Below, piece after piece: positions 40,061-48,556 of a stretch of 48,556 bases of DNA (positions are counted from its first letter, which is position 1; the number at the start of each line of letters is the position of its first letter). This DNA is from a virus (Duplodnaviria; Heunggongvirae; Uroviricota; Caudoviricetes). The translations under genes were made by a program, and so were the position numbers. Where the stretch lies: IMG/VR virus record IMGVR_UViG_2706794697_000013; one strand, given 5' to 3'. The notes beneath the pieces were generated by a model. That model searched no databases. It was not told the DNA's origin and saw only the letters and a list, made by a program, of their open reading frames with translations.

Positions 40061-40311
40061 GAATCAACTCCCATCAGCTTTTTCGTAGTAGTTTTATTTC
40101 TGCCAATAGTTAAAATTACATCAGCAGAAAATAATCCGTTTGATGCATGAGCGATTTTTTCAGCGTAATTTGTTTCGCCGGTATATTCTGTGCGAGGCAA
40201 TTTTCCGTTATCCATCCATTTGTAGATTGCTCTTTGGCTGACACCACAAACGTCGGCCACAACAGAAACGCGAACAGTTTTGATTACATCTTCAAGTGTT
40301 TTCTGGTTCAT
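40057..40311 (-). CDS. ydaS: Cro-like HTH regulator YdaS
   Basis: HTH ..DVCGVSQRAIYKWMDNGKLP..; ATG at 40311 with GAGGGTG RBS; divergent from the repressor gene; exact start uncertain. Confidence 0.65.
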   Translation of the reverse strand: MNQKTLEDVIKTVRVSVVADVCGVSQRAIYKWMDNGKLPRTEYTGETNYAEKIAHASNGLFSADVILTIGRNKTTTKKLMGVDS

Positions 40312-40372
40312 ATCACCCTCACAATGTGAACTTTGAGTACATGCTATAACAGAACTGACAGTACATTCAAGA
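40312..40372. promoter_or_regulatory. Divergent promoter/operator region between racR and ydaS (OR analogue)
   Basis: 61-bp spacer containing AGTACAT twice (40335, 40360) and a TGAACT..AGTACA near-palindrome; plausible TTGAAT-16-TATAGC promoter on the minus strand. Confidence 0.5.
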
Positions 40373-40810
40373 GTGAATATCATTGAACTTATGGTTCATG
40401 AAGATAAAGCGCGTAAAGAGTTCGCCAGTAGGCTTGCGCTAGCCTGTGAAAACGCTGGTTATGAACAACATGGAAGGCAGGCAGAAATTGCCCGTCGAAT
40501 GAAATTAACACCAAAAGCGGTTAGCAAATGGTTTAATGGCGAAACAATTCCTCGCCGAGAGAAATTAAGGGAATTAGCAACACTCATTGGAACAACACCA
40601 ACCTATCTTTTGGGAGAGGATACAGAAGAAAGTGGACAGGTACGTTTCTATCAGGAGTTAAATCCAAGACAAAAAATCATCATTGACCTTCTGGACGAGC
40701 TCCCTGACAGTGAGACAGATGAACTTTTAAAAACTCTTGAGGAGAAAAAACAGAAGTACAATGCAATTTACGAAGAGCTAGCACGAAAGAAAAAACAAAA
40801 AGCCTCTTAA
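40373..40810 (+). CDS. racR: Prophage repressor (CI analogue)
   Basis: 145 aa with N-terminal HTH (..QAEIARRMKLTPKAVSKWFNGETIP..); divergent from cro-like gene; Rac gene order. Confidence 0.75.
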   Translation: MNIIELMVHEDKARKEFASRLALACENAGYEQHGRQAEIARRMKLTPKAVSKWFNGETIPRREKLRELATLIGTTPTYLLGEDTEESGQVRFYQELNPRQKIIIDLLDELPDSETDELLKTLEEKKQKYNAIYEELARKKKQKAS

Positions 40811-40879
40811 ACCAGCATAAATCCGGTAGCGTCCCCCTCCGGGTTTGTGCTTCACTTTATCCCATCTCATTTTTTTACA

Positions 40880-40935
40880 CACAAAATGTACTTATAGTAC
40901 TTTACATCAATGAACACAAAGTACATTATATACCT
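40880..40935 (+). promoter_or_regulatory. Early-left promoter with operator-like repeats (OL/pL analogue)
   Basis: ATGTACTTATAGTACTTTACAT and AAGTACATTATATA carry the same GTAC(A/T)T motif as the OR side; TTTACA-17/18-(C)ATTATA promoter-like spacing. Confidence 0.45.
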
Positions 40936-41100
40936 ACCAACCCACCCCGCCCCACAGAACGCAGGGCAATACTTCGAGTTACCAGGCAGTGGTCAGGGGT
41001 TAAGTAGCCAGCCCGAGGCGTATGAACATGACGGCAGGGTTCAGATTTTGCAGTGCAGCAGGTTTCAGTTCCGCCACCCGGCGTTAAGGGGAGAGATAAG

Positions 41101-41235
41101 ATGGTGCATTACGAAGTAGTTCAGTATTTGATGGATTGTTGCGGTATCACTTACAACCAGGCTGTGCAGGCTTTACGCAGCAACGACTGGGATCTCTGGC
41201 AGGCAGAAGTCGCTATACACAGCAACAAGATGTGA
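41101..41235 (+). CDS. ydaG: Rac early small protein YdaG
   Basis: 44 aa MVHYEVVQYLMDCCGITYNQAVQALRSNDWDLWQAEVAIHSNKM, recognised. Confidence 0.7.
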   Translation: MVHYEVVQYLMDCCGITYNQAVQALRSNDWDLWQAEVAIHSNKM

Positions 41236-41245
41236 GATTCGCAAA

Positions 41246-41401
41246 ATGCAAAAAATCGACCTCGGCAACAACGAATCCCTGGTGTGCGGCGTGTTCCCCA
41301 ACCAGGATGGAACGTTCACTGCCATGACGTATACCAAAAGCAAAACATTTAAAACCGAAACTGGTGCGCGCCGATGGTTGGAGAAGCACACAGTAAGCTA
41401 A
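41246..41401 (+). CDS. ydaF: Rac early small protein YdaF
   Basis: 51 aa MQKIDLGNNESLVCGVFPNQDGTFTAMTYTKSKTFKTETGARRWLEKHTVS; below ORF-track cutoff, read from DNA. Confidence 0.65.
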   Translation: MQKIDLGNNESLVCGVFPNQDGTFTAMTYTKSKTFKTETGARRWLEKHTVS

Positions 41402-41886
41402 CGATTAAAACGTCTACTCCTGCTGTTCCAGAATAACTTCATAAAATGGGAGTATTTTTCGGTGACGAGATAATAAGAACAGTTTGCGCTATCACTCTGA
41501 TGTTGAATGATGCCCTTCCGTTCTAATTTTTTCATAACCGGGTTACGGCAAGGAGAAGTGATAATAAGATTTCCTGTTTTAAGGAAATCTTTAAATACAG
41601 CGATTTCTTTCTCAGATAAACGAAGCAATACTCGTTGCTCTGGTAGTAATGAATAATGCTTTTGAATATGTGCTCGCAATCTTGAGAAGGAAATGGCGAC
41701 CACGAAAGAAAAGGCAAAAACGATAATCTGAAAGAGCCAAGGTATTTCAGTATAAGCATTGAATGCGACAGTAAACTCTTTCGGTATCAGCCAGAGAGTG
41801 AGACCAAAAATGATAATCGTATACATAAGTATTTCGAGTGGCTCGTTAGCAAAAAGTTTCAACAATGGAGTAAATACATCCAACAT
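41398..41886 (-). CDS. sieB: Superinfection exclusion protein B
   Basis: 162 aa from ATG at 41886 (MLDVFTPLLKLFANEPLEILMYTIIIFGL..), membrane protein, opposite strand to flanking early genes as in Rac. Confidence 0.8.
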   Translation of the reverse strand: MLDVFTPLLKLFANEPLEILMYTIIIFGLTLWLIPKEFTVAFNAYTEIPWLFQIIVFAFSFVVAISFSRLRAHIQKHYSLLPEQRVLLRLSEKEIAVFKDFLKTGNLIITSPCRNPVMKKLERKGIIQHQSDSANCSYYLVTEKYSHFMKLFWNSRSRRFNR

Positions 41887-42103
41887 ATCAATAACTCTCA
41901 ACTGTAAGGGTATTGAAATGTTAACACAAGCTCTCGCTGTAGGGGTATAGCCGAGACCACCGAAGCCCGGAGGTGGTGAAATAAAACCGGGCACAACACG
42001 AAGGCGCATTTCCGATATCCATAAAGAGTCGGTCTTGTCTGTTAAATTTAAATGGTGGGAGTGCGCCTCCGGTTGTAAATAACGACATTGCTGTGTGTAG
42101 TCC

Positions 42104-42160
42104 TGGCGGCATCAGTTTTTTTCTTGAAGTTCGGCTGATGTCCGCCCTTTTTAAAGTGAA
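42104..42160 (+). terminator. Hairpin with T-runs in the sieB-kilR intergenic region (candidate early-left terminator)
   Basis: GGCGGCATCAG..CTGATGTCCGCC imperfect inverted repeat followed by CTTTTTAAAG; imperfect stem, low confidence. Confidence 0.25.
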
Positions 42161-42327
42161 TTTTGTGATGCGGTGAATGCGGCTAAGCGCACGTGGCACA
42201 GTTAAAAGTCATGTTAGTCCTTATTGGTTTGGGTGGGAAAGCCGACTGTAATTGTTAACTGGTTGCAGTCACCTGGAGGCACCAGGCACCGCATCAACAA
42301 AGTTCATTTGTAAAAATGGAGATAATT

Positions 42328-42549
42328 ATGATTGCACATCACTTCGGAACTGATGAAATACCACGTCAGTGTGTGACTCCTGGCGATTATGTTCTTCATG
42401 AAGGCCGGACATATATTGCCTCGGCAAACAATATTAAAAAGCGAAAACTATATATTCGTAACCTGACCACAAAAACATGCATTACTGACCGCATGATTAA
42501 AGTCTTCCTCGGTCGTGATGGTTTACCTGTAAAGGCGGAGTCATGGTGA
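42328..42549 (+). CDS. kilR: Cell division inhibitor KilR
   Basis: 73 aa [73 protein letters not shown], recognised. Confidence 0.85.
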   Translation: MIAHHFGTDEIPRQCVTPGDYVLHEGRTYIASANNIKKRKLYIRNLTTKTCITDRMIKVFLGRDGLPVKAESW

Positions 42550-42719
42550 TGACTAAGAAAATAAAATGTGCTTACCACCTTTGCAAAAAAGACGTTGAAG
42601 AAAGCAAAGCTATTGAAAGAATGCTTCACTTCATGCACGGGATTTTATCAAAAGACGAACCGAGAAAATATTGCAGTGAAGCTTGTGCCGAAAAAGACCA
42701 GATGGCACATGAACTTTAA
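42549..42719 (+). CDS. ydaE: Cys-rich small protein YdaE
   Basis: 56 aa [56 protein letters not shown]; start overlaps kilR stop (ATGGTGATG); below ORF-track cutoff. Confidence 0.7.
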   Translation: MTKKIKCAYHLCKKDVEESKAIERMLHFMHGILSKDEPRKYCSEACAEKDQMAHEL

Positions 42720-42793
42720 TTAATTGACTATTCGAAACTGAATTTATGCCAGAAATGGCAGGTATTCGCTCAACCTTAATTAAGGAGAAAAAC

Positions 42794-43069
42794 ATGATTA
42801 CCAATTATGAAGCCACTGTTGTAACTACCGATGACATTGTTCACGAGGTGAATCTGGAAGGAAAGCGCATTGGCTACGTAATTAAAACAGAAAATAAAGA
42901 AACCCCATTCACTGTGGTTGATATCGATGGTCCATCAGGCAACGTAAAAACACTTGATGAAGGTGTCAAAAAAATGTGCCTGGTGCATATCGGAAAGAAT
43001 CTGCCCGCAGAAAAAAAAGCCGAATTTCTGGCAACTCTAATTGCAATGAAATTAAAAGGTGAAATCTGA
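42794..43069 (+). CDS. racC: RacC
   Basis: 91 aa from MITNYEATVVTTDDIVHEVNLEGKRIGYVIK.., recognised; sits upstream of recE. Confidence 0.75.
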   Translation: MITNYEATVVTTDDIVHEVNLEGKRIGYVIKTENKETPFTVVDIDGPSGNVKTLDEGVKKMCLVHIGKNLPAEKKAEFLATLIAMKLKGEI

Positions 43070-43170
43070 AAGAAATAGCCTGCGTATGGCGCAGGCTATG
43101 AACAGTGTGTATCCGGCAAGATCATTCACTGAACAAAACGAATTTTAATCTGAGTTGAGGTTAAAAAACA

Positions 43171-45771
43171 ATGAGCACAAAACCACTCTTCCTGTTACGG
43201 AAAGCGAAAAAATCATCCGGTGAACCTGACGTCGTCCTGTGGGCAAGCAACGATTTTGAATCGACCTGTGCCACTCTGGACTACCTGATCGTTAAGTCAG
43301 GTAAAAAACTGAGCAGCTATTTTAAAGCTGTTGCCACGAATTTTCCTGTCGTTAATGACCTGCCCGCTGAAGGTGAGATCGATTTTACCTGGAGTGAACG
43401 CTATCAACTCAGCAAAGACTCCATGACATGGGAACTAAAACCGGGAGCAGCACCAGACAACGCTCACTATCAAGGCAATACCAACGTCAACGGCGAAGAC
43501 ATGCCTGAGATTGAGGAGAATATGCTACTCCCAATTTCTGGCCAGGAACTGCCCATTCGTTGGCTTGCTCAACACGGCAGCGAAAAACCGGTAACGCACG
43601 TTTCACGCGACGGACTCCAGGCATTACACATTGCTCGGGCTGAAGAACTACCGGCTGTTACTGCCCTGGCTGTTTCCCACAAAACCAGCCTGCTCGACCC
43701 GCTGGAAATTCGCGAACTCCACAAACTGGTTCGTGACACTGACAAAGTTTTCCCTAATCCTGGTAATTCAAACCTGGGACTGATAACTGCTTTTTTCGAA
43801 GCATACCTGAACGCTGACTACACCGATCGAGGACTGCTGACAAAAGAGTGGATGAAGGGTAATCGTGTTTCACACATCACTCGCACGGCTTCCGGTGCTA
43901 ATGCTGGCGGCGGAAACCTCACCGATCGCGGCGAAGGTTTCGTACACGATCTGACGTCACTGGCGCGGGACGTAGCCACTGGCGTACTGGCCCGTTCAAT
44001 GGATCTGGACATCTATAACCTTCATCCGGCACACGCTAAACGCATTGAGGAAATTATCGCTGAAAATAAACCGCCCTTTTCTGTTTTCCGCGACAAATTC
44101 ATCACCATGCCTGGCGGGCTGGATTATTCCCGCGCCATCGTGGTTGCGTCCGTAAAAGAAGCACCAATTGGGATCGAGGTCATCCCCGCGCACGTCACTG
44201 AATATCTGAACAAAGTACTGACTGAAACCGATCATGCCAACCCTGATCCGGAAATCGTGGATATTGCCTGCGGTCGCTCCTCTGCCCCGATGCCGCAGCG
44301 AGTAACAGAAGAAGGAAAACAGGATGATGAAGAAAAACCGCAACCATCTGGAACAACGGCAGTTGAACAGGGAGAGGCTGAAACAATGGAACCGGACGCA
44401 ACTGAACATCATCAGGACACGCAGCCGCTGGATGCTCAGTCACAGGTAAATTCTGTTGATGCGAAATATCAGGAACTGCGGGCAGAACTCCATGAAGCCC
44501 GGAAAAACATTCCATCAAAAAATCCTGTCGATGCCGATAAATTGCTTGCTGCATCACGTGGTGAATTTGTTGACGGAATTAGCGACCCGAACGATCCGAA
44601 ATGGGTAAAGGGGATCCAGACTCGCGATTGTGTGTACCAGAACCAGCCAGAAACGGAAAAAACCAGCCCGGATATGAATCAACCTGAGCCAGTAGTGCAA
44701 CAGGAACCGGAAATAGCCTGCAATGCCTGCGGCCAGACTGGCGGGGATAACTGCCCTGACTGTGGTGCGGTGATGGGCGACGCAACATACCAGGAAACAT
44801 TCGATGAAGAGAGTCAGGTTGAAGCTAAGGAAAATGATCCGGAGGAAATGGAAGGCGCTGAACATCCGCACAATGAGAATGCTGGCAGCGATCCGCATCG
44901 CGATTGCAGTGATGAAACTGGCGAAGTCGCAGATCCCGTAATCGTAGAAGACATAGAGCCAGGTATTTATTACGGAATTTCGAATGAGAATTACCACGCG
45001 GGTCCCGGTGTCAGTAAGTCTCAGCTCGATGACATTGCTGATACTCCGGCACTGTATTTGTGGCGTAAAAATGCCCCCGTGGACACCACAAAGACAAAAA
45101 CGCTCGATTTAGGAACCGCTTTCCACTGCCGGGTACTTGAGCCGGAAGAATTCAGTAACCGCTTTATCGTAGCACCTGAATTTAACCGCCGGACAAACTC
45201 CGGAAAAGAAGAAGAGAAAGCGTTTCTGAGGGAATGCGCAAGCACAGGAAAAACGGTTATCACTGCCGAAGAAGGCCGGAAAATTGAACTCATGTATCAG
45301 AGCGTTATGGCTTTGCCGCTGGGGCAATGGCTTGTTGAAAGCGCCGGACACGCTGAATCATCAATTTACTGGGAAGATCCTGAAACAGCAATTTTGTGTC
45401 GGTGCCGTCCGGACAAAATTATCCCTGAATTTCACTGGATCATGGACGTGAAAACTACGGCGGATATTCAACGATTCAAAACCGCTTATTACGACTACCG
45501 CTATCACGTTCAGGATGCATTCTACAGTGACGGTTATGAAGCACAGTTTGGAGTGCAGCCAACTTTCGTTTTTCTGGTTGCCAGCACAACTATTGAATGC
45601 GGACGTTATCCGGTTGAAATTTTCATGATGGGCGAAGAAGCAAAACTGGCAGGTCAGCTGGAATATCACCGCAATCTGCGAACCCTGGCTGACTGCCTCA
45701 ATACCGATGAATGGCCAGCTATTAAGACGTTATCACTGCCCCGCTGGGCTAAGGAATATGCAAATGACTAA
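43171..45771 (+). CDS. recE: Exodeoxyribonuclease VIII (RecE)
   Basis: 866 aa, [41 protein letters not shown].., same length and sequence as K-12 RecE as recalled. Confidence 0.95.
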   Translation: MSTKPLFLLRKAKKSSGEPDVVLWASNDFESTCATLDYLIVKSGKKLSSYFKAVATNFPVVNDLPAEGEIDFTWSERYQLSKDSMTWELKPGAAPDNAHYQGNTNVNGEDMPEIEENMLLPISGQELPIRWLAQHGSEKPVTHVSRDGLQALHIARAEELPAVTALAVSHKTSLLDPLEIRELHKLVRDTDKVFPNPGNSNLGLITAFFEAYLNADYTDRGLLTKEWMKGNRVSHITRTASGANAGGGNLTDRGEGFVHDLTSLARDVATGVLARSMDLDIYNLHPAHAKRIEEIIAENKPPFSVFRDKFITMPGGLDYSRAIVVASVKEAPIGIEVIPAHVTEYLNKVLTETDHANPDPEIVDIACGRSSAPMPQRVTEEGKQDDEEKPQPSGTTAVEQGEAETMEPDATEHHQDTQPLDAQSQVNSVDAKYQELRAELHEARKNIPSKNPVDADKLLAASRGEFVDGISDPNDPKWVKGIQTRDCVYQNQPETEKTSPDMNQPEPVVQQEPEIACNACGQTGGDNCPDCGAVMGDATYQETFDEESQVEAKENDPEEMEGAEHPHNENAGSDPHRDCSDETGEVADPVIVEDIEPGIYYGISNENYHAGPGVSKSQLDDIADTPALYLWRKNAPVDTTKTKTLDLGTAFHCRVLEPEEFSNRFIVAPEFNRRTNSGKEEEKAFLRECASTGKTVITAEEGRKIELMYQSVMALPLGQWLVESAGHAESSIYWEDPETAILCRCRPDKIIPEFHWIMDVKTTADIQRFKTAYYDYRYHVQDAFYSDGYEAQFGVQPTFVFLVASTTIECGRYPVEIFMMGEEAKLAGQLEYHRNLRTLADCLNTDEWPAIKTLSLPRWAKEYAND

Positions 45772-46573
45772 GCAACCACCAATCGCAAAAGCCGATCTGC
45801 AAAAAACTCAGGGAAACCGTGCACCAGCAGCAATTAAAAATAACGACGTGATTAGTTTTATTAACCAGCCATCAATGAAAGAGCAACTGGCAGCAGCTCT
45901 TCCACGCCATATGACGGCTGAACGTATGATCCGTATCGCCACCACAGAAATTCGTAAAGTTCCGGCGTTAGGAAACTGTGACACTATGAGTTTTGTCAGT
46001 GCAATCGTACAGTGTTCACAGCTCGGACTTGAGCCCGGTAGCGCCCTCGGTCATGCATATTTACTGCCTTTTGGTAATAAAAACGAAAAGAGCGGTAAAA
46101 AAAACGTTCAGCTAATCATTGGCTATCGCGGCATGATTGATCTGGCTCGCCGTTCAGGTCAAATCGCCAGCCTGTCAGCCCGTGTTGTCCGTGAAGGTGA
46201 CGAGTTTAATTTCGAATTTGGCCTTGATGAAAAGTTAATACACCGCCCAGGAGAAAACGAAGATGCCCCTGTTACCCACGTCTATGCTGTCGCAAGACTG
46301 AAAGACGGAGGTACTCAGTTTGAAGTTATGACGCGCAAACAGATTGAGCTGGTGCGCAGCCAGAGTAAAGCTGGTAATAACGGGCCGTGGGTAACTCACT
46401 GGGAAGAAATGGCAAAGAAAACGGCTATTCGTCGCCTGTTCAAATATCTGCCCGTATCAATTGAGATCCAGCGTGCAGTATCAATGGATGAAAAGGAACC
46501 ACTGACAATCGATCCTGCAGATTCCTCTGTATTAACCGGGGAATACAGTGTAATCGATAATTCAGAGGAATAA
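45764..46573 (+). CDS. recT: Single-strand annealing recombinase RecT
   Basis: 269 aa from [23 protein letters not shown]..; start overlaps recE stop; ORF track extends upstream in frame. Confidence 0.95.
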   Translation: MTKQPPIAKADLQKTQGNRAPAAIKNNDVISFINQPSMKEQLAAALPRHMTAERMIRIATTEIRKVPALGNCDTMSFVSAIVQCSQLGLEPGSALGHAYLLPFGNKNEKSGKKNVQLIIGYRGMIDLARRSGQIASLSARVVREGDEFNFEFGLDEKLIHRPGENEDAPVTHVYAVARLKDGGTQFEVMTRKQIELVRSQSKAGNNGPWVTHWEEMAKKTAIRRLFKYLPVSIEIQRAVSMDEKEPLTIDPADSSVLTGEYSVIDNSEE

Positions 46574-46628
46574 TTCAGCCTGGCGGTGTAATGCACCGCC
46601 AACTTGAAATATTTTTATGAGAAAAATT

Positions 46629-46823
46629 ATGAGATATGACAATGTTAAACCATGTCCATTTTGTGGTTGTCCATCAGTAACGGTGAAAGCCATTTCAGGA
46701 TATTACCGAGCGAAGTGTAACGGATGCGAATCCCGAACCGGTTATGGTGGAAGTGAAAAAGAAGCACTCGAACGATGAAATAAACGAACCACTGGAAATA
46801 ATAATGGAGGTGTTCATGTATAA
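46629..46823 (+). CDS. ralR: Restriction alleviation protein RalR (Lar)
   Basis: 64 aa MRYDNVKPCPFCGCPSVTVKAISGYYRAKCNGCESRTGYGGSEKEALERWNKR.. read from DNA. Confidence 0.8.
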
Positions 46824-47004
46824 AATTACCGCCACTATTGAAAAGGAAGGTGGCACTCCTACTAACTGGACAAGATATTCAAAATCTAAACTAACGAAAT
46901 CAGAATGCGAAAAAATGCTCTCAGGTAAAAAAGAAGCAGGCGTTTCCAGAGAGCAGAAAGTAAAACTGATAAATTTTAATTGCGAGAAACTTCAGTCCTC
47001 GTGA
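46816..47004 (+). CDS. ydaC: YdaC
   Basis: 62 aa from MYKITATIEKEGGTPTNWTRYSKSKLTKSECEKM..; ATG overlaps ralR stop. Confidence 0.6.
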   Translation: MYKITATIEKEGGTPTNWTRYSKSKLTKSECEKMLSGKKEAGVSREQKVKLINFNCEKLQSS

Positions 47005-47103
47005 ATTGCATTGTATTCAAATTAAAACTTCATAGCTGATTATTAATAATCAACATCGGGCGTCAATTTAAGTCTAACATTGGCGCCTGCCAGAGGTGAT
47101 GCG

Positions 47104-47319
47104 ATGGCACAAGTAATCTTTAATGAAGAGTGGATGGTTGAATACGGCCTGATGCTTCGCACTGGTCTGGGGGCCAGACAAATTGAAGCATACCGCCAGA
47201 ACTGTTGGGTGGAAGGCTTCCACTTCAAACGAGTATCTCCTTTAGGGAAGCCAGACAGTAAGCGAGGGATTATCTGGTATAACTATCCAAAGATAAATCA
47301 GTTTATCAAAGACTCATGA
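47104..47319 (+). CDS. xisR: Excisionase
   Basis: 71 aa [71 protein letters not shown], immediately upstream of int. Confidence 0.85.
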   Translation: MAQVIFNEEWMVEYGLMLRTGLGARQIEAYRQNCWVEGFHFKRVSPLGKPDSKRGIIWYNYPKINQFIKDS

Positions 47320-47320
47320 T

Positions 47321-48556
47321 ATGTCTAAATTACCAACAGGTGTCGAGATTCGAGGTAAATACATTCGCATCTGGTTCATGTTTCGAGGAAAACGATGTCG
47401 GGAAACATTGAAAGGCTGGGAGGTTACTAACAGTAACATTAAAAAAGCCGGGAATTTAAGAGCGTTGATAGTTCATGAAATCAATTCCGGTGAGTTTGAG
47501 TATTTAAGACGTTTTCCCCAGTCCAGCACTGGGGCAAAAATGGTGACAACGAGGGTCATAAAAACGTTCGGGGAGCTTTGTGATATCTGGACAAAAATTA
47601 AAGAAACAGAGTTAACAACAAACACAATGAAGAAAACGAAATCACAATTAAAAACACTCAGGATAATAATTTGTGAGAGTACTCCGATATCGCATATTCG
47701 TTATAGCGATATCTTAAACTACCGGAATGAACTGCTGCATGGAGAAACGCTTTACCTGGATAATCCAAGATCCAACAAAAAAGGAAGAACCGTGCGCACA
47801 GTTGATAACTATATCGCCCTGCTCTGTTCGTTGTTACGTTTTGCGTATCAGTCGGGATTTATATCAACCAAACCATTTGAAGGAGTAAAGAAATTACAGA
47901 GAAACAGAATAAAGCCTGACCCGTTATCTAAAACAGAATTCAATGCATTAATGGAAAGTGAAAAAGGACAGAGCCAGAACTTGTGGAAATTTGCCGTATA
48001 CTCCGGGCTTCGTCACGGGGAACTGGCTGCTCTGGCGTGGGAGGATGTGGATTTCGAGAAGGGAGTTGTGAATGTCAGAAGAAACCTGACGATACTGGAT
48101 ATGTTCGGTCCCCCAAAAACAAATGCGGGGATCCGGACGGTAACACTACTGCAGCCTGCTCTTGAAGCACTGAAGGAGCAATACAAACTGACCGGGCATC
48201 ATCGCAAAAGCGAAATCACTTTTTATCATCGGGAGTACGGCAGAACCGAAAAGCAAAAACTGCATTTTGTTTTCATGCCCAGAGTGTGTAACGGAAAACA
48301 GAAACCTTATTACTCGGTAAGCAGTTTGGGTGCGAGATGGAATGCAGCAGTAAAACGTGCTGGTATTCGCCGCCGTAATCCGTACCATACGCGGCATACT
48401 TTTGCCTGCTGGCTGTTGACGGCAGGAGCGAACCCGGCGTTTATAGCCAGCCAGATGGGGCATGAAACTGCGCAGATGGTGTATGAAATTTACGGTATGT
48501 GGATTGATGACATGAACGACGAACAGGTAGCCATGTTGAATGCGCGGTTATCGTAG
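47321..48556 (+). CDS. intR: Tyrosine integrase
   Basis: 411 aa with C-terminal catalytic region (..RHGELAALAWEDVD..HTRHTFACWLLTAGANPAFIASQMGHETAQMVYEIYGMW..); stop at window end. Confidence 0.95.
   Translation: MSKLPTGVEIRGKYIRIWFMFRGKRCRETLKGWEVTNSNIKKAGNLRALIVHEINSGEFEYLRRFPQSSTGAKMVTTRVIKTFGELCDIWTKIKETELTTNTMKKTKSQLKTLRIIICESTPISHIRYSDILNYRNELLHGETLYLDNPRSNKKGRTVRTVDNYIALLCSLLRFAYQSGFISTKPFEGVKKLQRNRIKPDPLSKTEFNALMESEKGQSQNLWKFAVYSGLRHGELAALAWEDVDFEKGVVNVRRNLTILDMFGPPKTNAGIRTVTLLQPALEALKEQYKLTGHHRKSEITFYHREYGRTEKQKLHFVFMPRVCNGKQKPYYSVSSLGARWNAAVKRAGIRRRNPYHTRHTFACWLLTAGANPAFIASQMGHETAQMVYEIYGMWIDDMNDEQVAMLNARLS

Larger units (their letters stand above)
1..48556. mobile_element. Lambdoid (Rac-like) prophage, nearly complete, reverse orientation; att sites outside window
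   Basis: Contiguous phage modules in canonical lambdoid order (tfa-stf-lom-J..tail..head..terminase..lysis..Q..replication..immunity..recET..xis-int); int stops at the last base of the window. Confidence 0.9.

Noticed and set aside
40910-41119. 69-aa plus-strand ORF downstream of racR
   Set aside because: Overlaps the putative early-left promoter/operator and the start of ydaG in another frame; no RBS; more likely regulatory DNA.
1-48556. CRISPR array or IS element
   Set aside because: No regularly spaced direct repeats and no transposase-like ORF or terminal inverted repeats seen; the only tandem repeat is the coding 132-bp repeat in stf.

Overview
This window is most of a lambdoid prophage lying in reverse orientation, which I read as an intact relative of the E. 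coli K-12 Rac element. Calls rest on reading the ORF track and DNA by eye and on recalled protein families; no database search or computation was run. Right to left on the minus strand: a side tail fibre module (tfa, stf, lom), a lambda-like tail (J, I, K, L, M, tape measure, G/T with a -1 frameshift site, major tail), a non-lambda head and packaging module (capsid, scaffold, portal, large and small terminase), trkG, a phage-21-type lysis cassette (pinholin, SAR endolysin, Rz/Rz1), a Q-like antiterminator, and a replication module (ydaU, ydaV). The immunity switch (ydaT, ydaS, racR) is followed on the plus strand by ydaG, ydaF, sieB (minus), kilR, ydaE, racC, recE, recT, ralR, ydaC, xisR and intR, which ends at the last base of the window, so the attachment site lies outside it. 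Three cargo islands stand out: an AT-rich two-gene cassette (34621-36660) pairing a protein with a HEPN-type Rx4H motif and a protein with a GNAT-like C-terminus, a tandem pair of lipoproteins resembling TolA domain III with their own terminator (29247-30440), and a yeaR-like gene behind an NsrR-type operator (33129-34067). Three N-runs (4236-4291, 9003-9287, 32680-32926) mask parts of lom, tail gene K and a nin-region gene.
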